A stretch of DNA of 64,000 nt, taken from positions 143,422,690-143,486,689 of the forward strand of contig JARDVH010000001.1 of assembly GCA_030324005.1 (NCBI GenBank), in the 5' to 3' direction. The notes beneath the pieces were generated by a model that had not been told where the DNA came from, searched no databases, and saw only the letters and a program-made list of their open reading frames with translations. The first letter of the stretch is position 1. Each line of letters opens with the position of its first letter. Source of the DNA: Negaprion brevirostris (Eukaryota). Made by a program: the position numbers and the translations under genes. Below, in pieces: positions 11,749 to 24,047 of the stretch.

Positions 11749-13467
11749 CTAATTGATGAGAAAAGAAGACTCTTCGGTTATAATTTTTCTTTGTAAAATG
11801 GTTTTGCAATATTGGGCTCTTAGCGTGGCCAGTTAGCTGTGCTGAAATTGCAGGTGCAAGTGATAACCAGCCGAGCAAAAGCAATCTGGCCAATTAGCCA
11901 GTCTTCACCATGCTCATGCTTAGAGATTCAAAACATTATTTATTTATTTTTTAAGTAGAGGAGGAAGTAGCTATATCATGCACACATCTGAAGCAGTGTA
12001 GTCAAAGCAGGCAATTATTGAAAAGTAAATGCAGAATTCTTCCCAGGGTACAGATGAACTTCCCAGTGTCACACAAACAGCTGAACGCTTCTGTCACAAC
12101 CACCAGCCTAAACCTCTTTCAAACAGCTCCACAAGATTCGCCTACTCTCAGATGCCTTTTTCAAGTAGCCATTTTTGCAGATTTTCTGAACATTAAACAT
12201 CTGCAGAATCGTATGCGCAGGAAGAAAAGCAGTGGAGTCTAATCTGATCCTGCTCTTAGCCGACACATACACATGTTACAGCAGGACTAGCTAGATAGCA
12301 ATCAGTTTATAGGAAGAGGTGACTAATTTTTGCCCATCCCTGATTGCAATGCAGTGAAGTCAGTTGCAAAGACAATGTCATCAGACAGATTCATTTTTAT
12401 CTTAAAATCTTATGGAGTTTTGTTCTCTGCTTGTGCCGAGGAATGGAATATCTTTCATTTCAAACAGCCACCGTCATCAGCCAGGCATGCATGGTGAGAT
12501 GCTGAGTAAACATACTCTGCTGTATCTGACCAACATGCCTGGCTCTAACTCTCAAAGCTCGTCCTTTCGCCACATGTGAATGATCACCAACTTGGTGCTC
12601 AACTAGGGTGGGACAGCATTTTCAACTCAGGAATGCAACATTTAAAAAAAATCTATACTGCAAGCAAATCTTAAACGTTATCAGCCATCTGCAATTCCAT
12701 CAGTCATTTCCAGTAAGCAGACTGACTCCTGTTTGGTTAGTTTAGCAATCAAACTCGTGGAGACATCAAGACTTCTGAAAGCCACATCCTCAATTTCAGC
12801 CATTACCTCAATCTTTCAAATTACACGGGAAACAAACCACATTTAACACTGGCATTTAGACTAGAATTGAACTACTTGCTCACAAAATCTCCACTGCTTG
12901 CTTTAGCAAGGGGTGTGAACAGTTGGCTCCCATAAGCAGTAATGACTTCAAGCCCAAGGATGGCGGGAGACTAATTTGTTTCCCCCTCAAGTTGTACAAG
13001 GAAGAGCTAGTTTCATTGTGGACTGCTGTGTAATGTACTATGTGAAATGGAAGCTTCACTCTGATGATAGGGAAGGGCAAATAGACTCGCCCTCCTTGAA
13101 CTTGAACTTTGCAGCCTGAGTGTCTGAANNNNNNNNNNNNNNNNNNNNNNNNNNNNNNNNNNNNNNNNNNNNNNNNNNNNNNNNNNNNNNNNNNNNNNNN
13201 NNNNNNNNNNNNNNNNNNNNNNNNNNNNTGAAGTGCTTAGTGGAGTTAACCAGCAAACAAGCTAGATCTACATGACAGGGAAGACCTGGATTAGGTTGCC
13301 AATTAGCTGTGTTAACTGATATCAACATGGAGGAATGCGTTACAGTCAGCCATGATGCCTCCTGGTCGGGGATGGAGGTAGAAACCGGCAAACACTTCTG
13401 CACTCAAATCTCATCAGGGGCACTTGGTGGAACTGCAAATGTAATTATCAGTTCTGGGTAGGATTAG

Positions 13468-14522
13468 TACAAAAGCAAAATACTGCAGATGCTAGAAATC
13501 TGACGTGAAAACAGGAAGTGCTGGTCAGGCACCATCTGTGAAGAGAGATAGACAGCTAATCTTTCAGATCAATGACCTTTCATCAGAATTGGGAAAGTTA
13601 GAAATGTAACATATTTTAGTGAAGAGGCAGGGAAAGGGTTTGGGAAGAGGGAATGACCAAACTTGACCAAGATTCTTCTTGATAGGGAAGATTAAATGAC
13701 CAAAGGAATGATGGTGCCAGGGTAAAAGGGTATGGTGATGGGATAAGCAAAAGGAAGAAAAGATGTGTGCAGAGAATTTGTAAATGAGAAGGGCAGAATC
13801 GTCACCAGTTGCAATTTAGAAAAAGGATTATAATCAGAAATTGTTGAAACCAATGTTCAGTCCAGAAGGTTGTATCTTCCAAAGATGAGGTGCTGTTCTT
13901 CAAGCTTCACTGTAGGTTCCAATAGGGTAGGAGACTGACAGCAGAGTCGGAGTGGAGCAGAGAATTATAATGACAGGCTACCTGAAGCTTGATGTGCAGT
14001 GAGTGGAAGTGTCCCACAAAGCAGTCACTGAATTGAAGCTTGGTCTCCCCAGTGTAGAGGAGATTGAGTAGTGATCAGTGAATGCAGTGTAATAAATTGA
14101 AAGCAGTACAAATAAATTGCCTTCGCACATGGAGCAGCATTTGAGACCCAGGGAATTGGGAAAGAGAGAGATAAAAGGCCAGGGGTTGGATCTCTGATGC
14201 TAAGAAGGAAAGACCAAAGGGACTGAGATTCCTCCTGATAGCGAAGATTAAATAACGAAAGGGATGATGATGCGAGGCAAAAGGGATGGTAATGGGATAA
14301 ATAAAAGTAAGAAAAGATGTGTCTGGAGGATTTGTAAATGAGAAGGGCAGAATCATCACCTACAGTTGATATGTAGAAAAAAGATTATAATCTGAAATTG
14401 TTGAAACCGATGTTCAGTCCAGAAAGTTGTATTTATCTCTCTTCATAGATGCTACCTGACCAGCACTTCTTGATTTCACTTCAGATTTCCAGCATCTGCA
14501 GTACTTTGCTTTTATACTAATC
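13468..14522 (-). mobile_element. Penelope-like element remnant (GIY-YIG C-terminus and pseudo-LTR with hammerhead core), internally rearranged
   Basis: Minus strand LYTGETK...KLEEQHLIF...QPSGLNIGFNNF at ~13835-14060. Core CTGATGA-a-AGGTC-att-GATCT-GAAA at 13586-13562. Confidence 0.8.
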
Positions 14523-14559
14523 TTGGGTGGGTACAGCGGTCAGAGGTGGTTCTGTTGGG

Positions 14560-15240
14560 GATGATAAAGAATCACCCTGCCCTTCTTTTTCTAGCATTCT
14601 GAAGGGACTGCCACAACATTCTGGTCCACTCTTCAATCACTTGTACCTTTTCAACTTTGTATACTTTACTCATTGTTCACAATCCTCTATATTGTAGAGA
14701 TCAACACACACTGGGTGGGTGACCACTTTGCACAACACCTCCACTCAGTCTAAAAGTGTGACCTAAGCTTCCAGGTACCTATCGTTTTAATACTCTGCTC
14801 CACTCTGACCTCTCATCTTGACCTCTTGCACTGCTCCAAAGAAGCTCAACATAAACTGGAGGGACTGCACCTCATCTGTGAATCAGACACTTTGCAGCCT
14901 TCCAGGTTCAATATTGAGTTCAACAATTTCAGATAGTGCCACTGCCCTATTTTTATACATTGGCTATTGAAGAAGATCCTGCTCTCATCATTTACAGTTC
15001 TCCTGGACCCAGCTGCAGTTTCTTTATCAACCCCCTTGTGCCTTGTATCACTGTCATTTAATCACACCTGTCTTCGTGCCTATCAGAGGCCTTCACTTTT
15101 GTTCCCCTTTGCCTGACTCTGTACTCGCCTAAATCCTGTTACATTTCCAACTCTTTCCAGTTCTGACAAAAGATCAGCGAATTGAAACGTTTCTCTCTCG
15201 AAACAGATACTGTCTTACCACCTGAGTTTTCTGTTTTGAC
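14560..15240 (+). mobile_element. Second Penelope-like element remnant, opposite orientation
   Basis: GDHFAQHLHSV...AQHKLEGLHLI...TLQPSRFNIEFNNFR (GIY-YIG C-terminal half); degenerate core CTGACAA...GAAACGTT at 15163-15191. Confidence 0.8.
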
Positions 15241-18200
15241 TCTGAATAGGGTTAGGTTTGGCTATGATGTTCTCCACGGCCAAACAGGATGTTGACACTA
15301 GCCATTCTGAATGACATCAACATTAGCCATTTAGGCGAAGCATCAGATATTTATGGGACTGCATAACTATAGGGAATGGATATCTTATGAGAAACCTGGA
15401 AACGTTGGTACGAGAAAGCAAACAGCTCTGCAATGAATTGAAAATGCAACACTGTAAACTGATCTACAGTACAAGGTTACACTTCCTTCAGGGATGTTAA
15501 CTCAACTTATCAAATCCTTGATTAATGCAGTTGGTCTACTCTAAAAATTGATTAAAAACACAATTTACACATTTTGCACATGCATTAGCATGCACAATGT
15601 GTATAATTCTTACAACTTTCAGTATAATGAAGGAAAAGTTTTACGCTATAACTGAACTGATGTCCATGTCAGCCTGCATCCCAATGTGCATCAGGTTAAC
15701 AGCCAGTTAATTTCTTTGTCAAAGTCAATTCTAAACTTACAAGGTCGACAAGTTATTGTGACAGCAGTCATTCTGGCCAATTTCAGGATACTTTGGATAC
15801 TGACTTGCTATCACATTGTTCTACAATACTTCAAAAATTGCTGCCGAAATGTGTGTGCATTAATATGCAAGTTTTGTACAAAACTAATCAGAGTAAGTAC
15901 TCCAAGGTACTGAAATTAATCTGGATCAGGACTGTAAACAGTGAATGCAGTATTTATGGAGCCAATTATTCACTCTTGTCTTGCTATAAGGAAAGCGAAT
16001 TAAGATTATTCTGCAGAAATGCAAAATGAAAGTACTTCATACCTCTCACTAATTTCCGCATTATGCAAGTGGAATGGCTGCAATCTTACTGCAGGAAAGC
16101 AAAAGTGCTTCCCCATGATTTAGAAACTTACAGACTCCCCATGTTTATTACGCATCAATTAACTTGGAACCAAATGTCATTTAACTACAAGAGGATGTTG
16201 CCACTAGCAATTTCTTCCAGCCCAAATGGTTCGGTGGTCATGCTTCTGCCTTATTACTGGCAAGGCCCATGCAGTAAAGAAGTACTTTTTTTTGATTTCC
16301 CCTATATTTCTTGGGATTGCTTTGGGACTTCTAAGTTGAGGATGGATGGCAGGGACAGGCACAGGAACCTAATGATAATGCTGCAATTTTGGTGAAGTGT
16401 GGTAAATGAGAAGATTTATATTTGTTAGACATTTTCTTGGGGATTCTCCAGCTACGCCATCATAATTATGGTGGACACCCTGTTTACATGCATTGTTCGG
16501 ACTGCTGTTCAACCTCTGTTAAGCTACAATGGTGTACTGAGAAAAAGCCCAGAGGTAATTCCCAGTGATTATTTTTCATTAAATGTTTTATCATCTGTGT
16601 CTCAGTCAACAATTCAGAGCATGTATATTTGCTGCCAATTCTTTACAAATCCTTTAAAAGCCCTCTTGCTCCAAGCATTTTGGATTTTATCACCTCCTCA
16701 CTCAGTCTGTTACCAAGAGTCTCATTAATGCGGTTTTAGCTGGTGTGAACGATCGGTTCAGGACCATCTTCCCATTGATGTTTCTTCCCCAAAAGTAAAA
16801 AGCTAGCCACTTTCTCCAATAACGTGGCCACTCTCAGAAATTTGCAGAGTCGGTAGGAGATAAATCACAGAGTAACCTTGATCCACTGCACATCATCATG
16901 AATTTATTGCCTTTCTCAGAGGGCTGTATATTCTTTTTTGTTTCCTCTAATTAAAGTCAGTAGCATCGGTAGTGATTGACACATTCATTTTATCTCAGCT
17001 TGGCAAGAATCTAGCTCGGAATGAGGCAGGAAAGTCTTTGCTCTCCATTGGTTGTGAGGATCTATGTGAAACATGTTTGGTGAGTCTCATATTTTCCAGT
17101 GGGTCTCCTGAACAGAACTGGCAACTGATTGGTACAGAATGAGAAAATGATCAAATGGTTAGTGTGGATATGGAAATAAAAAATATCTGTGCAACTGAGA
17201 GCACTCTTTTGGAGTTTGAGATTAAATGCATTGTTGTGACAGTGGAGTTTTCCACTGCATTGGCCCAAGCAAAGGACTTGACCAGAGAAGGGCTGAATCC
17301 ACTGAGTATCCCAAATGAAAATGTTTAATTTCCTAGCTCTACACAAACCAGATTTTCACAGCATAACACTAACATCTAAAAGCTTCACAGAATTCACAGG
17401 GGCTGTAATCTTTCTCTGACAAATACAAACAAAAAAAAGCAAAACTCAAAAGCTTGCCTCCTTATTAAAAGCAGGAACAAATCAATCTACAAAACTTCCT
17501 GAAAGTAGTTGTTCACATAGTATCATGTCAGGATGAATTCTCTATGGTTGAAAACCTACTTTAAAATGGAAAAGAAATCTATTACATTTCCCCAACAATG
17601 CTTTCATATCTCTACAATAAAAACATTTCCTCTGCAGTTAAAAATGAAACATGGCAATCTGAACCTGCAGTGTTACAGGGAAGTTTGCCTGTAAGTGCTA
17701 TCGATTCCACTTAGCAACTGCATTTCAGGAGGCAAAGATCAGCACAAATACACATCTTTGCTAACCACAACACATACACACCTAATTGATACAACTCATC
17801 CCCGTAGAAAAATGCCATTAGAAATTAGTATGTATATATATTTTTAAAGCAGCCATATTACACAGTAGGAATTGTAAACTAAATTGTGTATTTGACATAG
17901 CCTGGTCCCTATTAGGGAACAATCACTACCTAGGAAATCTAGGCCTTGCACTGGCTAGCTGGCAATATCTTAAGCAATACCAATACATCTGAGTTTGCTG
18001 TTTTCTCTCAATCATCTGCATAGATTTTAGCTAAATTTGAAGGGAATAAGGTTGATGTGGAAAGGAAAATTTCTCAGTTTTAACAAACCTCACAGAATTT
18101 ATATAATCCTGAGAAAATATGATTGCTCTGAAATGAACTGTACTCATGAACCTTCCCAACCCCCCACACCAGTACCAGATTTAATAACAATGTAAAATAA

Positions 18201-20290
18201 CAAATTTTCAGCATCTTTCAATCCTTGTGGAACCCTCAAATCACTGTTATGGACCAGGCATTTCTCAATGTCGAATATGGTCACAAACCACCTTTCAAAA
18301 TATGTTCCAAGCAAAATTCAAGAACCATTCTACTTGGAATTTTTGTCTTATAACACTGTCTGAGAAGTTATCTGACATTTGAAACTACCGCCCTAACACT
18401 ATTGCATAAAAAGATTGCGTTCTGCCACGACAGCTGTAATTCAAACACTGAAAGTAAAGGCAAACTTGCTTTCAATTTACAAGCTTGGTTTCAATCTAAA
18501 GTGAAGCTACTGGGTTGGAATACCGTACTCTTATAAGGGTACAGCATCCTTCAAAGGGTGATGGTGATGTACCACCTACATTCTGTAATCACCAGTACCA
18601 GATCAGTCTCACAATCCGAATAGCTTGGATGTTGCGAGATAAGGAGCATTGATTGCACAGAAGCAGAGGACAAAGAAAGGNNNNNNNNNNNNNNNNNNNN
18701 NNNNNNNNNNAGATTATTCAGATAATATTCTTCAAAGTTTAACATGCATATATTGTCACTAGGATCTTCATGAAAGATAATAAATCACATTTCTGCTGTG
18801 GTCTACTTGATTGTGTAAACCACCCCACAAAACAATTATAGGTTCTGTTTTTCCAAACTTGGGCAGTGTTCAAAGAACATTTGGAGCTGTAAAGCATGAG
18901 GGCCAAGTTTTGAGCTGGGAGCAATGCGAGATGCCAAGCTTTCACGCAAGAAATAACGTGGTTTTCTGCCCTGTCCCCACAATTATTGGCACCAAGAAGC
19001 CAAACGTGCCTAGTGACAATAGTGACGCAAGAAACTTCAATCCACTTCCTAATGAAACATTGAAAATACTTTTTGTACATAACTTAAAATGCAGGTGATG
19101 TTAAAATTAACCCAAAATCTTAGAAGCAAATGCAATGTGATGTTTGAGTATAAACTCAGCTATAGCAACCTCCACCAGAAATAGCTGAACAATAAAAGCA
19201 TTTTGCAGCAAGGCCCAGGTACAAGAGCGCATCAAATTTATAAAAACAGACAGCAGATACAAAAACATTCCAAATACAAATCAAAACATTTTAGCATTTC
19301 ACCACTTCTAAAACAGCAGTAGATCGAATCAAAATAACTAATTTACTAACTGAAAAGGAATGATTCAAGTGGTTTCATGTAATAATGTCAATTAAAAGAT
19401 ATTTTCAACCAAAACTGAATTGTCTGATCTAACTAACATGAAACTCGTGTTAGGTTTCACTGGATAATAGCACAAACTTGGAACGTAAACTTTGAAAAGC
19501 AGCATGGCTCTGACAGAAGGATAAAAATCCATTCAACATACATCTGTGTATGGTGTAGAGAAAGTCTGCTTCACAGTTGAAAGCAATTTAATGCTAACAA
19601 ACCAAAAGCATTTAAGACTGCAGATGACCTTGTAACACCATTATTTTCCACACCACCTAGTCCAGGCCTTTCTCATGAGCCGTGGTACTGGAAAAGGATA
19701 TAGTTATTAATGTAGTAACTCTTTTTGAATCTGGAAGAGTTCTTCAAGCATTTTTTCAATTTTATTACACTGATATGTAAAATTAATTAAAATTAATATG
19801 CAAAACTCAGCTCTCTTCTGACTTTTTTTTAAATAGTTGTAGATGCCATAAATATTTTTAAAAATTGTCAATAATCTAATTGGTTTTGCAGCCAGCAAGC
19901 AGCTGCGCAAATTTTCCTTCTTTTTCGCCAAATTGTGCAGTGAACGCTTCCATTTTAAAATCCAGCACTTCAAATGAAAATCATAGACACATCACATTCT
20001 TCCAAATTAACAGCAAACATTTCAAAATTATTTTATCCTGAATGTTCAAATAAAATATTTCTACTTACTCATGTTTTCAGTGAATCACAAAATATTAAAT
20101 TGATACATCACCTTAATATTTTTAACACAAGATTAAACCACAATGAACNNNNNNNNNNNNNNNNNNNNNNNNNNNNNNNNNNNNNNNNNNNNNNNNNNNN
20201 NNNNNNNNNNNNNNNNNNNNNNNNNNNNNNNNNNNNNNNNNNNNNNNNNNNNNNNNNNNNNNNNNNNNNNNNNNNNNNNNNNNNNNNNNN

Positions 20291-20498
20291 AACCCATGTG
20301 TGCTGGAGGTGGTACCTGCATTCCCAGTCCAGGGAAATCAAAAGGACCAGGTGTCATAGCTACATAATTCGTGTCCTGGATTGGTTCAGTGTGGCTGATT
20401 GACTGCAGGCGTGGTGGAGAGTTGGCATCCATGGGTACATAGTTCTGGTCAGCTTCTTCATTACACAAACTTGACAGTGGCAGCATATCCTTCCTTTG
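20291..20498 (-). CDS. GAB1: GAB1 exon 6 equivalent, visible part (3' end lost in N gap 20149-20290): [69 protein letters not shown]
   Basis: aattttaag acceptor in phase 0; two p85-binding YxxM motifs (human Y447, Y472); the Met-binding sequence [11 protein letters not shown] distinguishes GAB1 from GAB2/GAB3. Confidence 0.97.
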
Positions 20499-20589
20499 CT
20501 TAAAATTGAGGGGAAAAAAGTTGCAATTTTAAAAAAAAACCCATTCAAATTGCTCAATTTACTCAAAAAAAAGAACAGCATTCTTCCTA

Positions 20590-20955
20590 ATATCAGCTTG
20601 CTAAATGGCAGCATTCTCACCTCAGAATCGGAAGGTCCTGGGTTCAAACCTCATTACAGGTTTGAGCACATATGCCAGACTGGCTTTCAATGGTACTTAA
20701 GAAGTTCTGCATTGTCAGAGATATGAAATCAATAAGGTCCCACTGTACTATTCAAAAAGGAGTCCTCAACCAGCTTCCAAAAACAGATCAACTGGCCATT
20801 TGTTCTACTGCTGTTTGTGTAAGACCTTGTAATATGAAACTTGGCTGTTACGTTTGCCAAAATTATAACAAGATTACTCTTCAGAAGCTATTCATTGGCT
20901 GCAAAGTACTTTCAGATGTCTCAGTGACATCAAGGATGCTAAAGGTTATGTTTTA
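20590..20955 (+). mobile_element. Decayed DeuSINE/SacSINE1-like SINE
   Basis: tRNA-like head (gcattctcacctcagaatcggaaggtcctgggttcaaacc) and body aaacagatcaactggccatt...tgctgtttgtg...attcattggctgcaaagtacttt. Confidence 0.65.
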
Positions 20956-21113
20956 ACTCATTAAGTGGGTGGGTTTTGAAGGAATTAAAATCTCATCCTA
21001 CATGTTTTCACTTATTCAGACCTGTATAGTTCAGTACCGTAGCAATCTTCAAGTACTAACTGAAATACTGGGGATAGCCTGCCCTGGTAATGAGCTTGGA
21101 GGGAGAAAAATTG

Positions 21114-21297
21114 ATGTGGAGATGCCAGCGTTGGACTGGGGTAAACACAGTAAGAAGTCTCACGACACCAGGTTAAAGTCCAACAGGTTTATTTGGTATC
21201 AGAACTCCCTACTCACCTGATGAAGGAGCAGCGCTCCATAAGTGTTTGTTACCAAATAAACACGCGGGGCTTTAACCTGGTGTTGAGACTTCTTACT
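21114..21297 (+). mobile_element. Palindromic Penelope-like mini-element with degenerate hammerhead core and 13-bp TSD
   Basis: Perfect TSD gggagaaaaattg at 21101-21113 and 21298-21310; ~50-bp inverted arms; CTGATGA-a-GGAGC-agc-GCTCC-ATAA at 21217-21241. Confidence 0.85.
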
Positions 21298-21359
21298 GGG
21301 AGAAAAATTGCCATGGGGTTACAGGCCATTTAAAAGGCCTCCGCTCCCCGATCCTTCTT

Positions 21360-21680
21360 TAAAAATTAATTCTTGAGGTGTGGGTAATCCTTGTTGGGCA
21401 ACATTTAATACCAATCCCTAGATGCAGTGGTAATGGTGGGCTGCCTTGAGTTACTAAAATCCACACGGAAGGTGTCCTTACAATACTGTTAGGTAGGGAG
21501 ATTTAGGATTTTGACCCAGGGAGGTTGGAGGAATGGTGACATATACAAGGGCAGCACGTGACTTACAGTGGAGTTTGAAGATGGAGGTATCGCATACACC
21601 TGTTGCCCTTGTCCTTTAAGGTGGTGGTGGTCACAGTTTGGGAGGTGCTGCAGGGAAGTGTCAGCAAGTTGTAATCTTAA
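21360..21680 (-). mobile_element. Old CR1-group LINE 3' fragment (same family as 2510-3860)
   Basis: aggattttgacccag...gaatgg...tgcccttgtcctt...ggtcacagtttgggaggtgctg is homologous to 2660-2810. Confidence 0.65.
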
Positions 21681-22388
21681 ATAATACATTATGCAGCCAC
21701 GAGACATCATAGACATTTAGACTACTTCCATTCTGCTATATCCAGGCTGTCCAACCTTTTCACTCGGCAGGGTGGGAAGGAGAAGGTACAAAGACTGTTT
21801 GTCTGGCTCACTCCAAATCTCTTGATGCTTAATCACTCACACACACTCACTGGGAAAGTAGGAGTGTTTGTGCCTTAGTATGTGGAGGTGAGAATGAGTA
21901 AGAAACCTGGAAGGGGGGGGACGCTCGCAGGCAATGCATTGGACAAGCCTGTGCTAGATCTATGCTCTCAACTTTCCTTTGGGAATTAATTTGCAACTCT
22001 GACTTGATTACAGGAGTTAAATGGCCAAATGTACCACAAACACTCGAGTACTCCACTGGACTGTAAGTGTAGATTTTTGTGCTCAAGCCCTGGAATGGGA
22101 TCAGTACATTGTGGACCAGAGGCGAAAGTGCTCCAACTGAGCCATGGTTACACAGTTTTTTCTGGAATTACTCAATAAATATCTCTTCTGCAAATACTGT
22201 ATTTGATAATGACTATTCCAGGGCATATGATTTGATTATTTTGGTTATTTTAATTCTACCCCATTATGCCTTACAATGTACACTGAAAAAGTATGTTGTT
22301 ACATTTTGAAACCTGAAGGGTTAAGAACTGATTCTAAATAAATGCAGCCTTGTGATGACTTGTGTTAAAATAAGTAAAACACACTTAC

Positions 22389-22471
22389 TAGGTAACTACT
22401 AAACCCTTCCCCAAGATCGACTGAATTTGAAAATGTTCTTGGAATATCGTAGCTATCTTGAGGACCACAGT
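22389..22471 (-). CDS. GAB1: GAB1 exon 5 equivalent (83 nt, phase 1 to 0): (D)CGPQDSYDIPRTFSNSVDLGEGFSSYL
   Basis: tcttttacag acceptor, CTA|gtaagt donor. Matches human DASSQDCYDIPRAF..EGF; phases fit the flanking exons. Confidence 0.95.
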
Positions 22472-23369
22472 CTGTAAAAGACAGAGTTTCAAGACTGAGG
22501 TTACTAAAATCAAAATGGGAAGAAAGTAGGACACGAACAGCAGAACATGTTACATTCAATGTTCAAAAATATCTAATTTGTTGAAAACTGAAATGAAACC
22601 AATGGTTTAAATTACAATAGCTTTTGGTGTTGATTCCCTCTCAAAATGGCAGTCAAGATCACTTACTAATAGTACAACAGTTCTGTCCATCACAATTGCA
22701 TAGATCTTTAAGACTTTGAAGTTTGAGGGTACTGTATGCTTAAAAGCATTTGTTTCTCTATAATTGGTTGATGTCTAAGGTGAATCTTTTATACCGATAT
22801 AGGGTGATGTGCTGTAATTTGACTAACTGAAAAAAACAGCTTTATAGCTATAAAGAAATGGATTTATTACAAATATGTAATAAAATTAATTCCACAGAAG
22901 TTACTTAATGTCTGGGTTTTACTGCAGCCTGCACTTCCTTTTAATTTCATTCTTTAATGCATTCAACCAGACCTTCCAAAACAGAAAACTCGCTCCAATA
23001 CTGATTTGAAATAAAATAGAAATGACAGAAATGTTCTATTTATGAAGTGAAAATGTTCAAAAGATTGGAGAGCAATGAGTGAGTCAGCGCATGGATACAG
23101 TCACTGCATGTGTAAATCCAGCTTGTAGCAGAAACTAATCACGTGCCAAGTTCTCCAAAGGAGGAGTAACAGTGCCTCAGAGAGAAGAGTCTAAGTTATG
23201 CTTGCTTCCTACTCTCTGGTTACAGCAGCAGCAGAATGCTGTATACTTTTAGCTGGAGGGCATTGCATGGTACGAGCTAATCAGAATACCTTTCCTGACA
23301 GTAAAGTTAACTGATGCCACATTTCCCAAGGCTGATTTATATACTTCTTTAATTATTNNNNNNNNNNAC

Positions 23370-24047
23370 CTGGATGTCCTTGTTCATGAGACACAAAGTT
23401 AGCGTGCAGGTGCAACAAAGCAATTGAGGCGGCAAATGGTATGTTGGTCTTTGTTGCAAGGGGAGTTGAGTACAAATGTCTTGCTGCAGTTCTATAGAGC
23501 CTTGGTGAGGCCTCATCTGGAGCACTGTGTACAGTTTTGGTCCCTTTATCTTTGGAGGGATATACTTGCCATAGAGGAAATGCAATGGAGATTCATCAGA
23601 TTAATCCCTGGGATGGCGGGATTGTTTTATGGGGAGAGATTGAGGAGACTGCGACTGAAAGCCCTAGAGTTTCGAAGAATGAGAGCTGACTTCATTGAAA
23701 TGTACAAAATTCTTACAAGGTATGACAGGGTAAATGTAGATAGGCTGTTTCCCCCAGCTGGTGAGTCTAAAACTAGGGACATAATCTCAAGGATAAGGGA
23801 CAAGTCATTTAAGACTGAGGGGAGAAGGAATTTCTTCACTTGGGGGGTGGTGAGTCTTAGGAATTCTCTACCCAGAAGGTTGTTGAAGCTCAATTATTGA
23901 GCATATTTAAGAAAGAGATCAATAGTGAATATATCAAGGGACATGGAGGTAGTGCAAGAAAATAGCATTAGCATGGTTGATCAACCATGATCTAATTGAA
24001 CGGTGGGGCAGGTTTGACAGACTGAACAGCCTACTCCAGTTCCTATA
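23370..24047 (+). mobile_element. CR1 LINE 3' end (RT C-terminus and tail)
   Basis: ORF 23424-23900 LLQFYRALVRPHLEHCVQFWSLYL...LEFRRMRADFIEMYKIL...RRNFFT is a typical CR1 ORF2 C-terminus. Confidence 0.92.

Noticed and set aside
18739-19098. Overlapping 95-aa and 113-aa ORFs in unique-looking sequence
   Set aside because: No recognisable domain or convincing splice sites; could be conserved non-coding DNA, but that cannot be judged without alignments.
23424-23900. 158-aa ORF as a host gene
   Set aside because: It is the C-terminus of a CR1 reverse transcriptase in a truncated copy.
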